Shown piece by piece: positions 33,138 through 44,041 of a DNA stretch of 64,000 nt. This DNA comes from an uncultured Nitrospinota bacterium (GTDB lineage: Bacteria; Tectomicrobia; Entotheonellia; J063; CAVPRW01), in NCBI GenBank assembly GCA_963707985.1, contig CAVPRW010000017.1, positions 318,879 to 382,878 of the forward strand, written 5' to 3'. The translations under genes and the position numbers were made by a program. The number at the start of each line of letters is the position of its first letter. Within the stretch, counting starts at the first letter, position 1. The notes beneath the pieces were generated by a model that saw nothing but the letters and a program-made list of their open reading frames with translations, was not told where the DNA came from and ran no database searches.

Positions 33138-33566
33138 ATGATCACGATGGGCGAAGACCAAACGATCGAAGAATACCTAGATAATCTCCGGGGTAGGATT
33201 CAGGTCAAGCTCGCCCGGGGGGGTGCTCCCGCCGATTCTGGCACCCTCCGCCTGGTCTGCCTGTCGGTGGCTTTGCGCGTAGCAGATCCCGCTGGTTTGC
33301 GGTTACTAATGAAGCCCCTCTCATCCCAGCTATATCCCGCCATCGAAACCATGCTCGTCCAGGTCGATGCCGATTTTGGCGACGAGATCGCCGAACTCCA
33401 GGACCTTATTGCTGATGCCCAAGAGGACCCCGCCTGGCTTGAAGTGGTACAGCAGGCCATGCAGCGGCGGGCCATCCCAGCGAACAGACGGCTGCAGGAG
33501 CATATTGCCCATATGATCCTGGAATTGTTCGTGGAGTTGTCGACTGACTCGGAAAGTCAGCCATAG
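33138..33566 (+). CDS. Hypothetical acidic helical protein
   Basis: About 140 aa ORF with coding-like composition; no family recognised. Confidence 0.55.
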   Translation: MITMGEDQTIEEYLDNLRGRIQVKLARGGAPADSGTLRLVCLSVALRVADPAGLRLLMKPLSSQLYPAIETMLVQVDADFGDEIAELQDLIADAQEDPAWLEVVQQAMQRRAIPANRRLQEHIAHMILELFVELSTDSESQP

Positions 33567-33903
33567 ACGACGCATTGAGGGCAAGGCTGGACAGTTTCCT
33601 CCTCCGACTGGAATGCCTCCTGGACCTCTCAACACTTCCACCCGCCTGTATAGATTGAACCATCACGTGCAGTCGTGCACAGCGTCTGAACCGCTCTATA
33701 GTCGAGTTCGACGTGAGAAGTCTGTATATACTATGATGTCTGTGAGACTTTCATCGTCGATCGAATCGGCATAGGCTGGTTATGTGGCTTATGGCCCCAG
33801 GATGGCTCGCTGACGGAAGCGCACGATGGGACAAGGGCCGTGGTGAAGGCGATATACAGAGTATCCATCCTGCGTTGGAAGAACACTGACTGAAGGGAGA
33901 GGT

Positions 33904-34374
33904 ATGACTTGTGTGAGATGGATCTTAACGGCAACAATGTTGTGTCTGACCATTGCCGTTGCGGCTGATGCTGAAGAGATCGGCTGCGTCAGCACCACAT
34001 GGCGCGTGTGGGCTGATGACAAGATTTGTGTGAGTGCCTACGACGACCCCAAAGTACCAGGTGTCACGTGCCATATGTCGCATGCACGCACGGGTGGGTT
34101 CAAGGGGACGATCGGAGTGGCTGAGGATCGGTCGCGATTTTCGATTGCCTGCCGACAAGTCGGGCCCATCACAGTGGAGCTGGGCACGCTGCCGCAGGAG
34201 GAAGAGGCCTTTAGCGAGCGAACGTCTATCTTTTTCAAGGAAACACGCGTGGTACGTATAGTGGATCGTGCGCGCCGCACGCTGCTGTACCTTGCCTATA
34301 GCACGAAGGTCGTGGAAGGGTCTCCCTTTAACAGTCTTTCGTCCGTTCCAGTGATGCCGTGGCAGGGGCAATAG
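33904..34374 (+). CDS. creA: CreA family protein
   Basis: DDPKVPGVTCHMS, SIACRQVGPI, SIFFK, LYLAYS, GSPFNSLSSVP. Confidence 0.9.
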   Translation: MTCVRWILTATMLCLTIAVAADAEEIGCVSTTWRVWADDKICVSAYDDPKVPGVTCHMSHARTGGFKGTIGVAEDRSRFSIACRQVGPITVELGTLPQEEEAFSERTSIFFKETRVVRIVDRARRTLLYLAYSTKVVEGSPFNSLSSVPVMPWQGQ

Positions 34375-34396
34375 GGAGGGGCAGCATGGAGGAGCA

Positions 34397-34834
34397 ATGA
34401 TGGAGAGCACATGTGGGCCGACGGCAGCGCCGGTGATAGCAGCTCGGGAGGAAAGAGCATGGGCCAGGAGGGGCCGACTAAGGCTCTGGGTCCTGTTAGG
34501 GTGGGTGGTAGCATCCGGCCTGGGGTGTGAGCATCTGCTCATGTCGACTGGTCCGAGCGCTAGTAATATTCAGGCTCTGATCGACCGGAACACCCGCAAT
34601 CTTCTCCGCCTGCAGCCAGACCTGTTTGAAGAACACGTCTTCGACATCATGGGGCCACCGCAACGTGTCGAAGGCTACCCCTGGGGCACAGTTTGGCTCT
34701 ACCGCACGGCGTTAAGCACGGGGGTGCGGACCACACCGGAGACTGACTTTACCCCGCTCGTCTTCGACCGTCGCAGGATCCTCTTGGGTTGGGGGAGAGA
34801 CTTCTTGGCAACCCACCATGATCGTGGGCCATAG
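34397..34834 (+). CDS. DUF3192-like putative lipoprotein
   Basis: IMGPP..VEGY, WLYRT, TPLVF....LLGWG. Confidence 0.65.
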   Translation: MMESTCGPTAAPVIAAREERAWARRGRLRLWVLLGWVVASGLGCEHLLMSTGPSASNIQALIDRNTRNLLRLQPDLFEEHVFDIMGPPQRVEGYPWGTVWLYRTALSTGVRTTPETDFTPLVFDRRRILLGWGRDFLATHHDRGP

Positions 34835-35662
34835 CCTGTAGCAGGAGTGGGAGCATCAGTTCTGCTAGTCCATCTCAGGAGGGGAATGGGAGAATGGTGC
34901 TGCTGACGCATCCAGGCCAAGAGGCTGTCCGAGAACAACCTCTTTGAAAAGTTACTAAAGTCCTGCAGGCTTTTCGCCCGGTGTGGACCTCGTGCAGGAG
35001 GTGTCCGGGCTATCACTGCCGCAGAGGGCTTGACACGGCTGCTACTGCAAACGGATTTTCCATTGACTTCCCCATTTCTTCAAGGCATGATAGCGCACGC
35101 AATCGAGGTGTATCCTTGACAGACATAAGCTTTTAGTCTCGAAGAGGTTGAACAGATGCACGATATATTGGCCCGCCAGTACGTGCTTCGAGGACAACTG
35201 CTTATCCGATTATAGCGCCTTCCAGGTGTCACTCCTGGAGGGCTCTCCGCTGCAGTCGTGTCGTTACCTGGTTTTCCCCGATCGTTTTCACTCATATTGC
35301 TAGCTGATCCAGGCGAGGACAACGGGCTGAGCACCGATGGTTCGATCCAAGCGCGTATGTTCAATGTATTGGTGGTGCTGCATGATCGTCTCCATGATTG
35401 GGCGTTGAATGTGTCCCTGGTTCGCGACGCAAGTGGTCAAGCTGACGGTGGAGGTTACCCCCAACCTGCCCGGCTGACAGGCCAACCGCAATGTCGGCCA
35501 GAGCGATGGGTAGGACCGTGGCCTGAAGGTACAGTGGGAGATGACCTGGTGGAATAAGTCGGGGCATCCATCAAAACAGGGCTGTGCGATGGGGACGGAA
35601 TGACCAGTACAGTGTCTGGGCGGACTCAGGACTAGATGCTTCGATGCCTGGAGGTCTCATTC

Positions 35663-36619
35663 ATGCGTGAATACCTGATTAAACGCATCATGTTACTCAT
35701 CCCGACGTTTATCGGGATCACACTGGTGGTCTACAGTGTGCTGCTGATGTTGCCAGGCGACCCGGTCGACGTCCTCCTTGGCCAGGAATACGACGCGCAG
35801 ATCGCGGCGAAGCTCCGCGCCGAATGGGGACTAGACGATCCCATCATCGTCCAATATGGCAAATGGTTGTGGCACATCGTGCAAGGCGATTGGGGACGCT
35901 CGATGTTTTCCCGGAAGCCGGTCTTTGACGAGGTTATGAACAAACTTCCGCTCACCCTCCAACTTGTTGCCCTGGCGCTGTTCTTCGAAATCATCATCTC
36001 TGTCCCGGCGGGAGTAATCTCGGCCGTAAAGCCATATACCTGGTGGGACTACGGTGCCTCGACGTTTGCACTGGTGGGCGTGTCGATCCCTTCATTCTTC
36101 CTCGGTATTTTGCTGTTTCTCACCTTCGGTCTGTGGCTGGGATGGCTGCCAGTCCAGGGCTATGTTCCCCTGCGCGAGAGTGTCATCGATAACCTCCGCC
36201 ATTTGATCTTGCCCACCGTGGCGCTGGGCGTGGCTCGCACGGCCATCCTCACCCGTCTGATTCGTGGCAGCATGTTGGAGGTCATCCGGCAGGACTATGT
36301 GACCACCGCGCGGGCCAAAGGTTTGGCCGAGGCGCTCATCATTAATAAGCACGCCCTGAAGAACGCTCTGATCCCGGCTGTCACCGTACTCGGGCTACAG
36401 GTTGGGTTTCTGGTCGGCGGGGCCATCATCATCGAGAAGCTGTTCGCGTTGCCTGGCATTGGCAGCTATGGCATCGACGCCATCTCTAATCGGGATTATC
36501 CACAGGTGCTGGGGTTCATTCTGGTCTCAGCGCTGGTGTTCCAAGTGGCCAATCTGTGTGTCGATCTCGTCTATTGCTTCCTCGATCCGCGTATTCGCTA
36601 TGGCAAGGCCGAAGCGTAA
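35663..36619 (+). CDS. Peptide/nickel ABC transporter permease (DppB-like)
   Basis: PGDPV, QGDWGRS, DYVTTARAKGL, KHALKNA. Confidence 0.93.
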   Translation: MREYLIKRIMLLIPTFIGITLVVYSVLLMLPGDPVDVLLGQEYDAQIAAKLRAEWGLDDPIIVQYGKWLWHIVQGDWGRSMFSRKPVFDEVMNKLPLTLQLVALALFFEIIISVPAGVISAVKPYTWWDYGASTFALVGVSIPSFFLGILLFLTFGLWLGWLPVQGYVPLRESVIDNLRHLILPTVALGVARTAILTRLIRGSMLEVIRQDYVTTARAKGLAEALIINKHALKNALIPAVTVLGLQVGFLVGGAIIIEKLFALPGIGSYGIDAISNRDYPQVLGFILVSALVFQVANLCVDLVYCFLDPRIRYGKAEA

Positions 36620-36666
36620 TGCCAAGTAAAACAACCGTCTACCGCCGACCACGGAGGGAGTGATGT

Positions 36667-37617
36667 ATGAGAGATCAGCAAACCCTGTCGGATGAAAGCG
36701 TGGCTGCAGTTGCCCTGGACGAGAGCAGCGGCGCGTGGAGGGCCGACGGCACTGTCGTGGGGCGAGAACAAAAGCCGGCCAGTGTGTGGCTCGTCACCTT
36801 CCGTCGCCTGCGACGCAGTAAAACCGCCATGTTTGGCTTGATCATCGCCTTCATGGTATTCATTGTGGCGGCTCTGGCCGATGTGTTGGCACCTTACGGT
36901 TACGCCGACATGCACCCTGAGCATATGCTGCAGGGCCCTAGCTGGCAATATTGGCTCGGCACCGACCAGATGGGCAGGGATGTCCTGAGTCGAGTGATTT
37001 ACGGCAGCCGTATCTCCATCTATGTCGGTGTGGTCTCCACCATTTTTGGCGCGTTGATGGGCATCCCACTGGGGATCATCGCGGCGTATTATGGTGGCTT
37101 TGTAGATAACCTGATCATGCGACTGGTCGATATTTGGGTGGCTTTCCCGAACTTTCTGCTGGCCCTGATCATTAGTGTTATTCTGGGGCCCAGCGTCACC
37201 AATGTGGTGATCGCCCTGGCCATCGTACGTGTGCCGACCCAGGCCAGAGTGCTGCGTGGCACGGCGCTATCGGTCAAGGAAAATGAATATATTCAGGCTG
37301 CCAGGGCGTTAGGAGTGACAGATCGACGTGTGCTTTTGCGGCACATTCTGCCCAACTGTATGGCCCCCGTCATCGTATTGGGGACGCTGGAGGTGGCGAC
37401 GGCGATCATCGTCGAAGCCGCATTGAGCTTTCTAGGGCTGGGCACCCAGCCCCCAACCCCGAGCTGGGGCTGGGATTTACGAGCCAATGTGGTGTTCATC
37501 GAGGATAACCCCTGGATCGCGATCTTCCCAGGGATCGCGATCTTCATCACCGTGCTGGCCTTCAACATGTTCGGTGATGGCCTGCGCGACGCGCTTGACC
37601 CACGGATGAAGCAGTAA
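36667..37617 (+). CDS. Peptide/nickel ABC transporter permease (DppC-like)
   Basis: LGTDQMGRDVLSR, RHILPN, LSFLGLG, GDGLRDALDP. Confidence 0.93.
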   Translation: MRDQQTLSDESVAAVALDESSGAWRADGTVVGREQKPASVWLVTFRRLRRSKTAMFGLIIAFMVFIVAALADVLAPYGYADMHPEHMLQGPSWQYWLGTDQMGRDVLSRVIYGSRISIYVGVVSTIFGALMGIPLGIIAAYYGGFVDNLIMRLVDIWVAFPNFLLALIISVILGPSVTNVVIALAIVRVPTQARVLRGTALSVKENEYIQAARALGVTDRRVLLRHILPNCMAPVIVLGTLEVATAIIVEAALSFLGLGTQPPTPSWGWDLRANVVFIEDNPWIAIFPGIAIFITVLAFNMFGDGLRDALDPRMKQ

Positions 37618-38103
37618 GCGCACGTCGCCGGCTTTCTCAAATCGTACAGGGCGGCCTGACCGGCCGCCCTGGTAACAATCACATCGCCTCACGGCCGAAG
37701 CGTTTTGCCCCTTTAATGCCATCCTGCACCTACTATTCTAGCATCCCGGTCCCCTTCAGGCCCAGAGTCAGACAGCACAGCGACCCTCTTTAACGCATAG
37801 ACCCGCGGATTGTTGACATCCCTATCGACAATCCCAAAAGGGGCCCCATGGGGAACCCTCCCTTTTGCAGACGATTTGACCCGGCCTTGATACTTGCGCA
37901 GTCAGTACCCCCTTGCGCCGGCACGATTGCCCCATCGTCTTGTCATCGCATCGCGAGAATGCTTAAGGATCACTAGGTATTGCGGCAAGGCAATCGACGG
38001 CCACTCAATGCCACGAGCGCCAGGACATTAATTATGATATAAGAAATGATATATTTAAGAGTAAAAGATACGTAATGATCCAATAGTATAAGAGGGATCG
38101 CTT

Positions 38104-39666
38104 ATGCAGCGATTCATCAGCGTGGTGCCTCTCCTGGCACTGATCGGTTCCTTTTCCGTGCCGGCCCTAGCGGCTGAGTTACGAACCAGAGGTTTCTTCG
38201 AGAACGTCTTTCCTCACCTTGATCAGAACACCTCGGACCAGGATCTGGATATGACGAGCAATGACGATCAGATCTTTTTCGGACGGGAGCGCGTTCGGCT
38301 GTTCTTCGACTTTATCGCCAGCGATGACCTGCGCGGGGTGTTCGCCCTCGAGATCGATGCTATCTATGGTGCCCCCCGCTTCAATCGCGTCGGGTCACGC
38401 TGTGTGCTGACAACGGGTCTGTACGGCTCTGAGTCGTGCGGCTTCCGAAACGGCATCGACACCAATATCCTTGAGATCAAGAACCTCTATGTCGATTTCC
38501 GTATCCCTCAGATCCCGCTCGGAAACCGCTGGCAGATCGGCGGCATCCCTGCCGACGTTACTCCGTTACATCCTTACTTGCTCTACACCATGGACGCCGG
38601 TGGGGGGAGTATGAAGCTTGACTTCACCGATGAGGTCTCGTTATTGCTGCACTACATCCAACTCGAAGAGGATCTCGACCGCTTCCAGGGCAGCGCAAAA
38701 CTGGGGGAGGACTACATCGCTGGGGCTACACTGATGCTGAGACCGCTCCCGGGGCTCGATCTGCACCTGCTTGGTGTCTTCGGGCATTTGCAGGCACCAT
38801 TTGGCCCAAATCTCCTCAATGGTGCGGGACCATTCAACTGGATCACTGGCGATGCGACCAATGTCACCACGGAAGACCGCTATTACGTCGGCTTTGACGC
38901 GCGTTACCGCCATGGGAATTTGAGCCTTGAGCCCAGCTTTCTGTACCTCCGGGGAACTCGGAAGTTTTGTGCACCTGGGAGCACGATCAATACGGCGGGG
39001 GAAGTCATCCCCTGCACCAGCGTACCCTCAGGGTCCAGAGACATCCAGTTCAATGCCGTTGAGGCACAGGTGGTTGCGCGCTATGTTGTGGGTTCATGGT
39101 TGGCAGGGGCTAAATTCGCCTATACATCGGGCAATGCTGCCAATGACGACATCAACAACCGTGGCATTGGCAAAAAGTCCGAGGTGAAAGGCTTTCGCCC
39201 GCTTGGCATCGATGCCTTTCATATCTTCGGCGACTGGTTTGAGATCCTCGGACGCTCGGAGGTCGATTCCCTGGGGTCGTCGACATTCATCCGTCCAGGG
39301 AAGCTCGGGACGTTCGATCGCTACGGGTGGATAGTTATTGGCGGCAAGGTGGAGTACACCGCCACCGACAGTCTGGTCCTGGAAGGATCGCTCGGGGGGT
39401 TCTGGACCGCGGAGAAGACCGCTTGCCCAGCCGTACTTCGAGGTGGGTCAATGGCGGGTCCATGCCTTATACCGCCCTTCAATTTCAGCGGCAGCAGCCG
39501 GTATGCCGGCAGTGAAATCGACGTCGGCCTGCGATATTCGATCCTGCCCGGATTGTTCTGGACGCCGCGGTTTGGCTGGGCCTTCCTAGGAGATGCCTGG
39601 AAAACCCCTGAACGTCATGTTCAGGATGCCTGGTCGTTTACCAACCGCCTCATCTATGTGTTTTAG
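38104..39666 (+). CDS. Putative outer-membrane beta-barrel/porin
   Basis: Signal peptide, alternating beta-strand pattern, C-terminal ...RLIYVF. Confidence 0.7.
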   Translation: MQRFISVVPLLALIGSFSVPALAAELRTRGFFENVFPHLDQNTSDQDLDMTSNDDQIFFGRERVRLFFDFIASDDLRGVFALEIDAIYGAPRFNRVGSRCVLTTGLYGSESCGFRNGIDTNILEIKNLYVDFRIPQIPLGNRWQIGGIPADVTPLHPYLLYTMDAGGGSMKLDFTDEVSLLLHYIQLEEDLDRFQGSAKLGEDYIAGATLMLRPLPGLDLHLLGVFGHLQAPFGPNLLNGAGPFNWITGDATNVTTEDRYYVGFDARYRHGNLSLEPSFLYLRGTRKFCAPGSTINTAGEVIPCTSVPSGSRDIQFNAVEAQVVARYVVGSWLAGAKFAYTSGNAANDDINNRGIGKKSEVKGFRPLGIDAFHIFGDWFEILGRSEVDSLGSSTFIRPGKLGTFDRYGWIVIGGKVEYTATDSLVLEGSLGGFWTAEKTACPAVLRGGSMAGPCLIPPFNFSGSSRYAGSEIDVGLRYSILPGLFWTPRFGWAFLGDAWKTPERHVQDAWSFTNRLIYVF

Positions 39667-39710
39667 CCTCCCATGCCAAGTGTGCCATGCCGATGTGATC
39701 AGGAGCTCAC

Positions 39711-41127
39711 TCACTCGAAGAATGCCTCCATGGCGCGTGTGAAACAAGCGAATGGTGCGCGCACGATGCCGGCGCCGATCTGGCCGGTACCCGCTTGACG
39801 TCCGGCGATACCCGTGTTGATGAGTGGTGTCAGGCCGGTTTCGATCACTAATCGCAGGTCGATGCCGGCCGGCGTGCCCCGCTCGTCAAGCATGGGAATG
39901 CGGAAAAGGGGGTGCTCGCCGACGCAGATGTCTTGCATCTCTGCGGTTACCTGCATGGCTTCGGCCATCCCTCCAGCCCCGACAAAGCGTGCCGCCGCTG
40001 GTGATGCCGCCATCGCGCAACCACCCAGTCCGATGGTCTCGACGATCGCGCTATCGCCCATATCCGGGTTGGCCGCATCGACATCGAAGCCCGGAAAGTA
40101 CAGTCCGCTCGGCACATGTACCGGGGCGGTGAACCAGCGGTCGCCATGCCCCGAGACGCGGATGCCGAAGTCTGTACCGTTGCGAGCCATCGTCGTCACC
40201 AAGGTGGAATGTGTGATGCCGTTGGCGGGGTCGGTCAGCGCTTTGCCAGCTGCCATGGCAAGATTGAGGAAAAACTGATCATTACCGGCGATAAATTCTG
40301 CCACAGCGGTCAGCGTCGACGTGTCTGCAGTTGCACGGGCCAGATGCGGCATCAACGCCCGGGCGAGCAGTGCCGAGGCAGCGATATTGCGTTGGTGCAT
40401 CTCGTCACCCATGCGCAGCGCCTGGGCCATGAGCGTCCGGAGATCGATGCCTCCCGAAGCACGTAGGGCAGAGCCCAGCAGTGGCCCCCCTGTTGCGGCG
40501 AGCCAACGCAAGCGGGTGACGACCGAGGCATCGTTGGCACCGAACCGTAAGACCTTCCCCAAGCCTTCGTTGATGGTCGCATAGGCGCGGTTGCCGTAGC
40601 GGCGATTCTCCACCACGAACACGGGCATGGAGGCCGTGATGATGCCCGTCATGGGGCCAACGGCACCCCAGTGATGGCATGGGGCCAGATGCACCTCCTG
40701 GCGCTCGATCAGCCGGGCGGCCGCGTCGTCGTCCGCAGCCCATCCTTCATAGCGGATGGCGCAGAGGACCGCCGCCTGCATCGGCTCACACATGGACGCC
40801 CAGGCGATGGGAGGACCAGCGTGCAGAACCAGATCGAGAGGGAAGCCCAAATGCCTCGCGTGCGGGACGGCAATCCACGAGGATGGTTTCGCCGCCGGTC
40901 AGGCGCGTGAAGGCTTCGGCATTGGCCCGCTCGATCTGCTCGCGGCGTTCGTCGAGGCGCGACAGCAGCTCGGCCAGGTGAACATCGCCATGTGCGGGCG
41001 GTCGCCAGTCGACGTGCACAACCGGCACGCCGAGTCCTGCCAGGTCCCGAGCAAATCCCTCAAGACCGATGTTCACCACACGTGGGCCGGTTGGCAGGTG
41101 ACGAGGTATAGGCTCGTTCATGGCCAA
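39711..41127 (-). CDS. DUF1116 (YlbE/AllG-like) protein with N-terminal FdrA-like segment; frameshift near 40833
   Basis: VVNIGLEGFA...VHVDWRPPA; LHAGPP, NEGLGKVLRFGA, MGDEMHQRN, DMGDSAI. Confidence 0.8.
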
Positions 41128-41166
41128 TAAGCCTCCGAGACTTTTCTCACCGAGAAAGGGCCCTTC

Positions 41167-42162
41167 CTAGCCAAGCGCAGGGACGATGTCACGGCCATAG
41201 ATCTCCAGGGTGTCCTCTTCTGCACCACTCATCAGATAGATATTCAATTGCGTCACGCCTGCTTCCTGAAGCTCCCGCAGCCGATGCAGGTGGGTCGTTA
41301 CCGGCCCCACGAGGCAGTAACGGTCGACGATGTCATCGGGCACGAACTCGGCATTCGAGCTGCCTACCTCAGCGTGGTGCAGATAATCATAACCCTTTCG
41401 CTCGCGGACATAGGCGGTGAGCTCGTCGGGAAGCTCTCCCGGCTGGTAGCGTGAAATCAAGTCCACGACATGGTTTGAGACCAGGGCCGGAAACCACCGG
41501 ACATGCTGGCGCGCCCTGGCCAAATCGTCCGATACCCATACGGCCGTGGCGCTCATCACCCGGATCGTCGAGAAATCGCGACCGGCCTCCTGAGCTCCCT
41601 GGCGTACGAAGTCGAGACACCACCTGATAAGGTGCACATCGGCGAACTGTAGGATGACGCCATCGGCAATGCGGCCGGCGCAGCGGAGGGCTTTCGGACC
41701 ATACCCTGCCACCCACACCGGCGGGACACCGGCATTGGCCCAAGGCATCTGGATGGGTTGGCCTTGGTAGATGATGCGTTTACCGGCTGTCAGGTCGCGG
41801 ATGGCCGCCACAGTCTCTTCGAGTCGTGCCAGAGTCGTCGGCTTCTTGCCCATGACGCGCCGCGAGCTGTCACCACGGCCGATGCCAATATCCATGCGAC
41901 CACCCGAAATACGATTCAGCGTCGCCAGCAAACTGGCTGTCACCGTGGGATCACGCACTACAGGGTTGGTGACACACGTCCCGAGGCGCATACGTTCGGT
42001 GTTGACCGCCATGAGTGTCAGCAATGGATAGGGGTCCTGCCAAAGGATATGGGAGTCGAAGGACCAACCATAGCTGAAACCGGCCGCTTCTGCCTGGCGG
42101 GTCAGATTTACTATGCGCGCCGGGGGCATGTCAGCCTTGAAGGTAATGGCAAATTCCAGCAT
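41167..42162 (-). CDS. LLM-class F420-dependent oxidoreductase (TIGR03842-like)
   Basis: FDSHILWQDPY, GTCVTNP, GIGRGDSSRR, QLNIYLM. Confidence 0.88.
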   Translation of the reverse strand: MLEFAITFKADMPPARIVNLTRQAEAAGFSYGWSFDSHILWQDPYPLLTLMAVNTERMRLGTCVTNPVVRDPTVTASLLATLNRISGGRMDIGIGRGDSSRRVMGKKPTTLARLEETVAAIRDLTAGKRIIYQGQPIQMPWANAGVPPVWVAGYGPKALRCAGRIADGVILQFADVHLIRWCLDFVRQGAQEAGRDFSTIRVMSATAVWVSDDLARARQHVRWFPALVSNHVVDLISRYQPGELPDELTAYVRERKGYDYLHHAEVGSSNAEFVPDDIVDRYCLVGPVTTHLHRLRELQEAGVTQLNIYLMSGAEEDTLEIYGRDIVPALG

Positions 42163-42499
42163 ATCCCGTCTCCCGTTTCCACCCCAACAGCCAACGCGTC
42201 AGGAAGCATTCTCGGCCGGGCACGCCGAGAGATATCGCGAAGCTGGGCTTTCAATATGGGAGGCAAACAGCCATACCTCCCTCAGCCAGTTCCCAGACTT
42301 CTTTTAGAACTTTATGATACACTTTTCAAGAACATCTCCTGTGTCACCCGTTACGCTTAACCGGAGAGCCAGGTGTACAAACAGGCACAGTTGCTCCTCA
42401 AGCAGAGCGGACGGATGCAATCCGGACGTCGGCATGTGACTGGAGAGGAAGTCCGAGCTGCTATGTTACGCTCCTATGAACCAACAGGGGAGGGACACC

Positions 42500-43906
42500 A
42501 TGGCACACTTGCAAGTGATCACCCTCGGAGGGATGAACACAGTCCTTGAAGAAGCCGCGGTCACAGCCTTTGAGCAGAGCCTGCGCGGTCCGCTGCTGCG
42601 GCCTGGAGAGGATGGCTACGATGCCGCCCGCCAGGTCTTTAACGGCATGATTGACAGACACCCGGCCCTCATCGCCCGCTGCGCCGGCGTAGCCGACGTG
42701 ATCAACTGCGTCAATTTCGCCCGAGCCCACCAGTTGCTGGTGGCTGTGCGTGGGGGCGGTCACAGTGTCGCCGGCCATGCGGTGTGCGAGGGCGGCCTCG
42801 TGATAGATCTATCTCATCTGAAGGGCATACGTATCGATCCGCTACGGCGTACGGCCCGTGCTGAACCGGGCCTGACCTGGGGCGAATTCGACCACGAGAC
42901 CCAGGCCTTCGGGCTGGCCACCACCGGAGGCCAAATTTCCACGACCGGCATCGCCGGCCTCACTCTGGGCGGGGGCTGGGGCTATTTGGCGCGGACATAC
43001 GGCTTGGCCGCGGATAACCTCCTGTCGATTGATCTTGTCACCGCCAATGGCCAGCTGCTCACCGCCAGTGCCACGGAGCACGCAGACCTTTTCTGGGGCT
43101 TGCGGGGTGGCGGCGGAAACTTCGGCGTCGTCACCTCCTTCGAGTACCAGTTGCATCAGGTCGGACCGGTTCTGGCCGGCATCATCATCCATCCGTTCGA
43201 GAACGCCAAGGCTGTACTCACCTTTTACCGCAAGTTTACTCACGCAGCCCCCGACGAGCTGGCCTCAGGGGTTGTGCTGATGAGCATGCCTGATGGCCTC
43301 CCCGTTGTGGGAATCGTCGTCTGCTACCACGGGTCGATCGAGCGCGGCGAACGGCTACTACAACCTCTCAGATCGTTTGGATCACCGCTCATAGACGAGA
43401 TCGGCACTATGTCCTACACCATGGCCCAGAAGCTCGTCGATGACTTCTATCCCCCTGGCCTTCAGGAATACTGGAAGTCCAGCTTCCTCACAGAGATCAG
43501 CGATGCGGCGGTCGACACCATGCTGTCCTGGAGCGCGAATCGTCCTTCGCCATTGTGCCATGTGGTGATCGAACACACCCTAGGTGGCGCAGTGAGCCGG
43601 ATCGATCGTAATGCCACGGCGTTCGATCACCGGGATGTGCAGTACAGCTTCTTGAGTCTCGGCGTGTGTGCCGCCCCCGCGGAGGCTGAGACGTGTGCGC
43701 GCTGGGCGCGCGAACTCTGGGAAGCCATGCAGCCATGCCTGACCGACCGCGTGTACGTCAACTATCTGGGTCAGGAAGCTGATGAGGGGATTGAACGAGT
43801 CAAGGCCGCCTATGGGTCTGAGAAGTATGATCGGCTGGTGGCCCTAAAAAATACCTACGACCCAACAAATCTGTTTCGGCTCAACCAGAACATCGAGCCG
43901 ACTTGA
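42500..43906 (+). CDS. FAD-linked oxidoreductase (BBE/6-HDNO-like)
   Basis: VRGGGHS, GIAGLTLGGG, LRGGGGNFGVVT, YDPTNLFRLNQNI. Confidence 0.93.
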   Translation: MAHLQVITLGGMNTVLEEAAVTAFEQSLRGPLLRPGEDGYDAARQVFNGMIDRHPALIARCAGVADVINCVNFARAHQLLVAVRGGGHSVAGHAVCEGGLVIDLSHLKGIRIDPLRRTARAEPGLTWGEFDHETQAFGLATTGGQISTTGIAGLTLGGGWGYLARTYGLAADNLLSIDLVTANGQLLTASATEHADLFWGLRGGGGNFGVVTSFEYQLHQVGPVLAGIIIHPFENAKAVLTFYRKFTHAAPDELASGVVLMSMPDGLPVVGIVVCYHGSIERGERLLQPLRSFGSPLIDEIGTMSYTMAQKLVDDFYPPGLQEYWKSSFLTEISDAAVDTMLSWSANRPSPLCHVVIEHTLGGAVSRIDRNATAFDHRDVQYSFLSLGVCAAPAEAETCARWARELWEAMQPCLTDRVYVNYLGQEADEGIERVKAAYGSEKYDRLVALKNTYDPTNLFRLNQNIEPT

Positions 43907-44041
43907 TTTGTTTTACCGTTTCCAGGGTCTCGAGACGGCGATCACGCCAGACAGAATCGCGCTCACATTGGGAAGGGTTGAGGTGGACCGACAGCACTCC
44001 CTCGCTCGCATGGCTCTTCTCATCCCTTCCCTCTCCATGGC

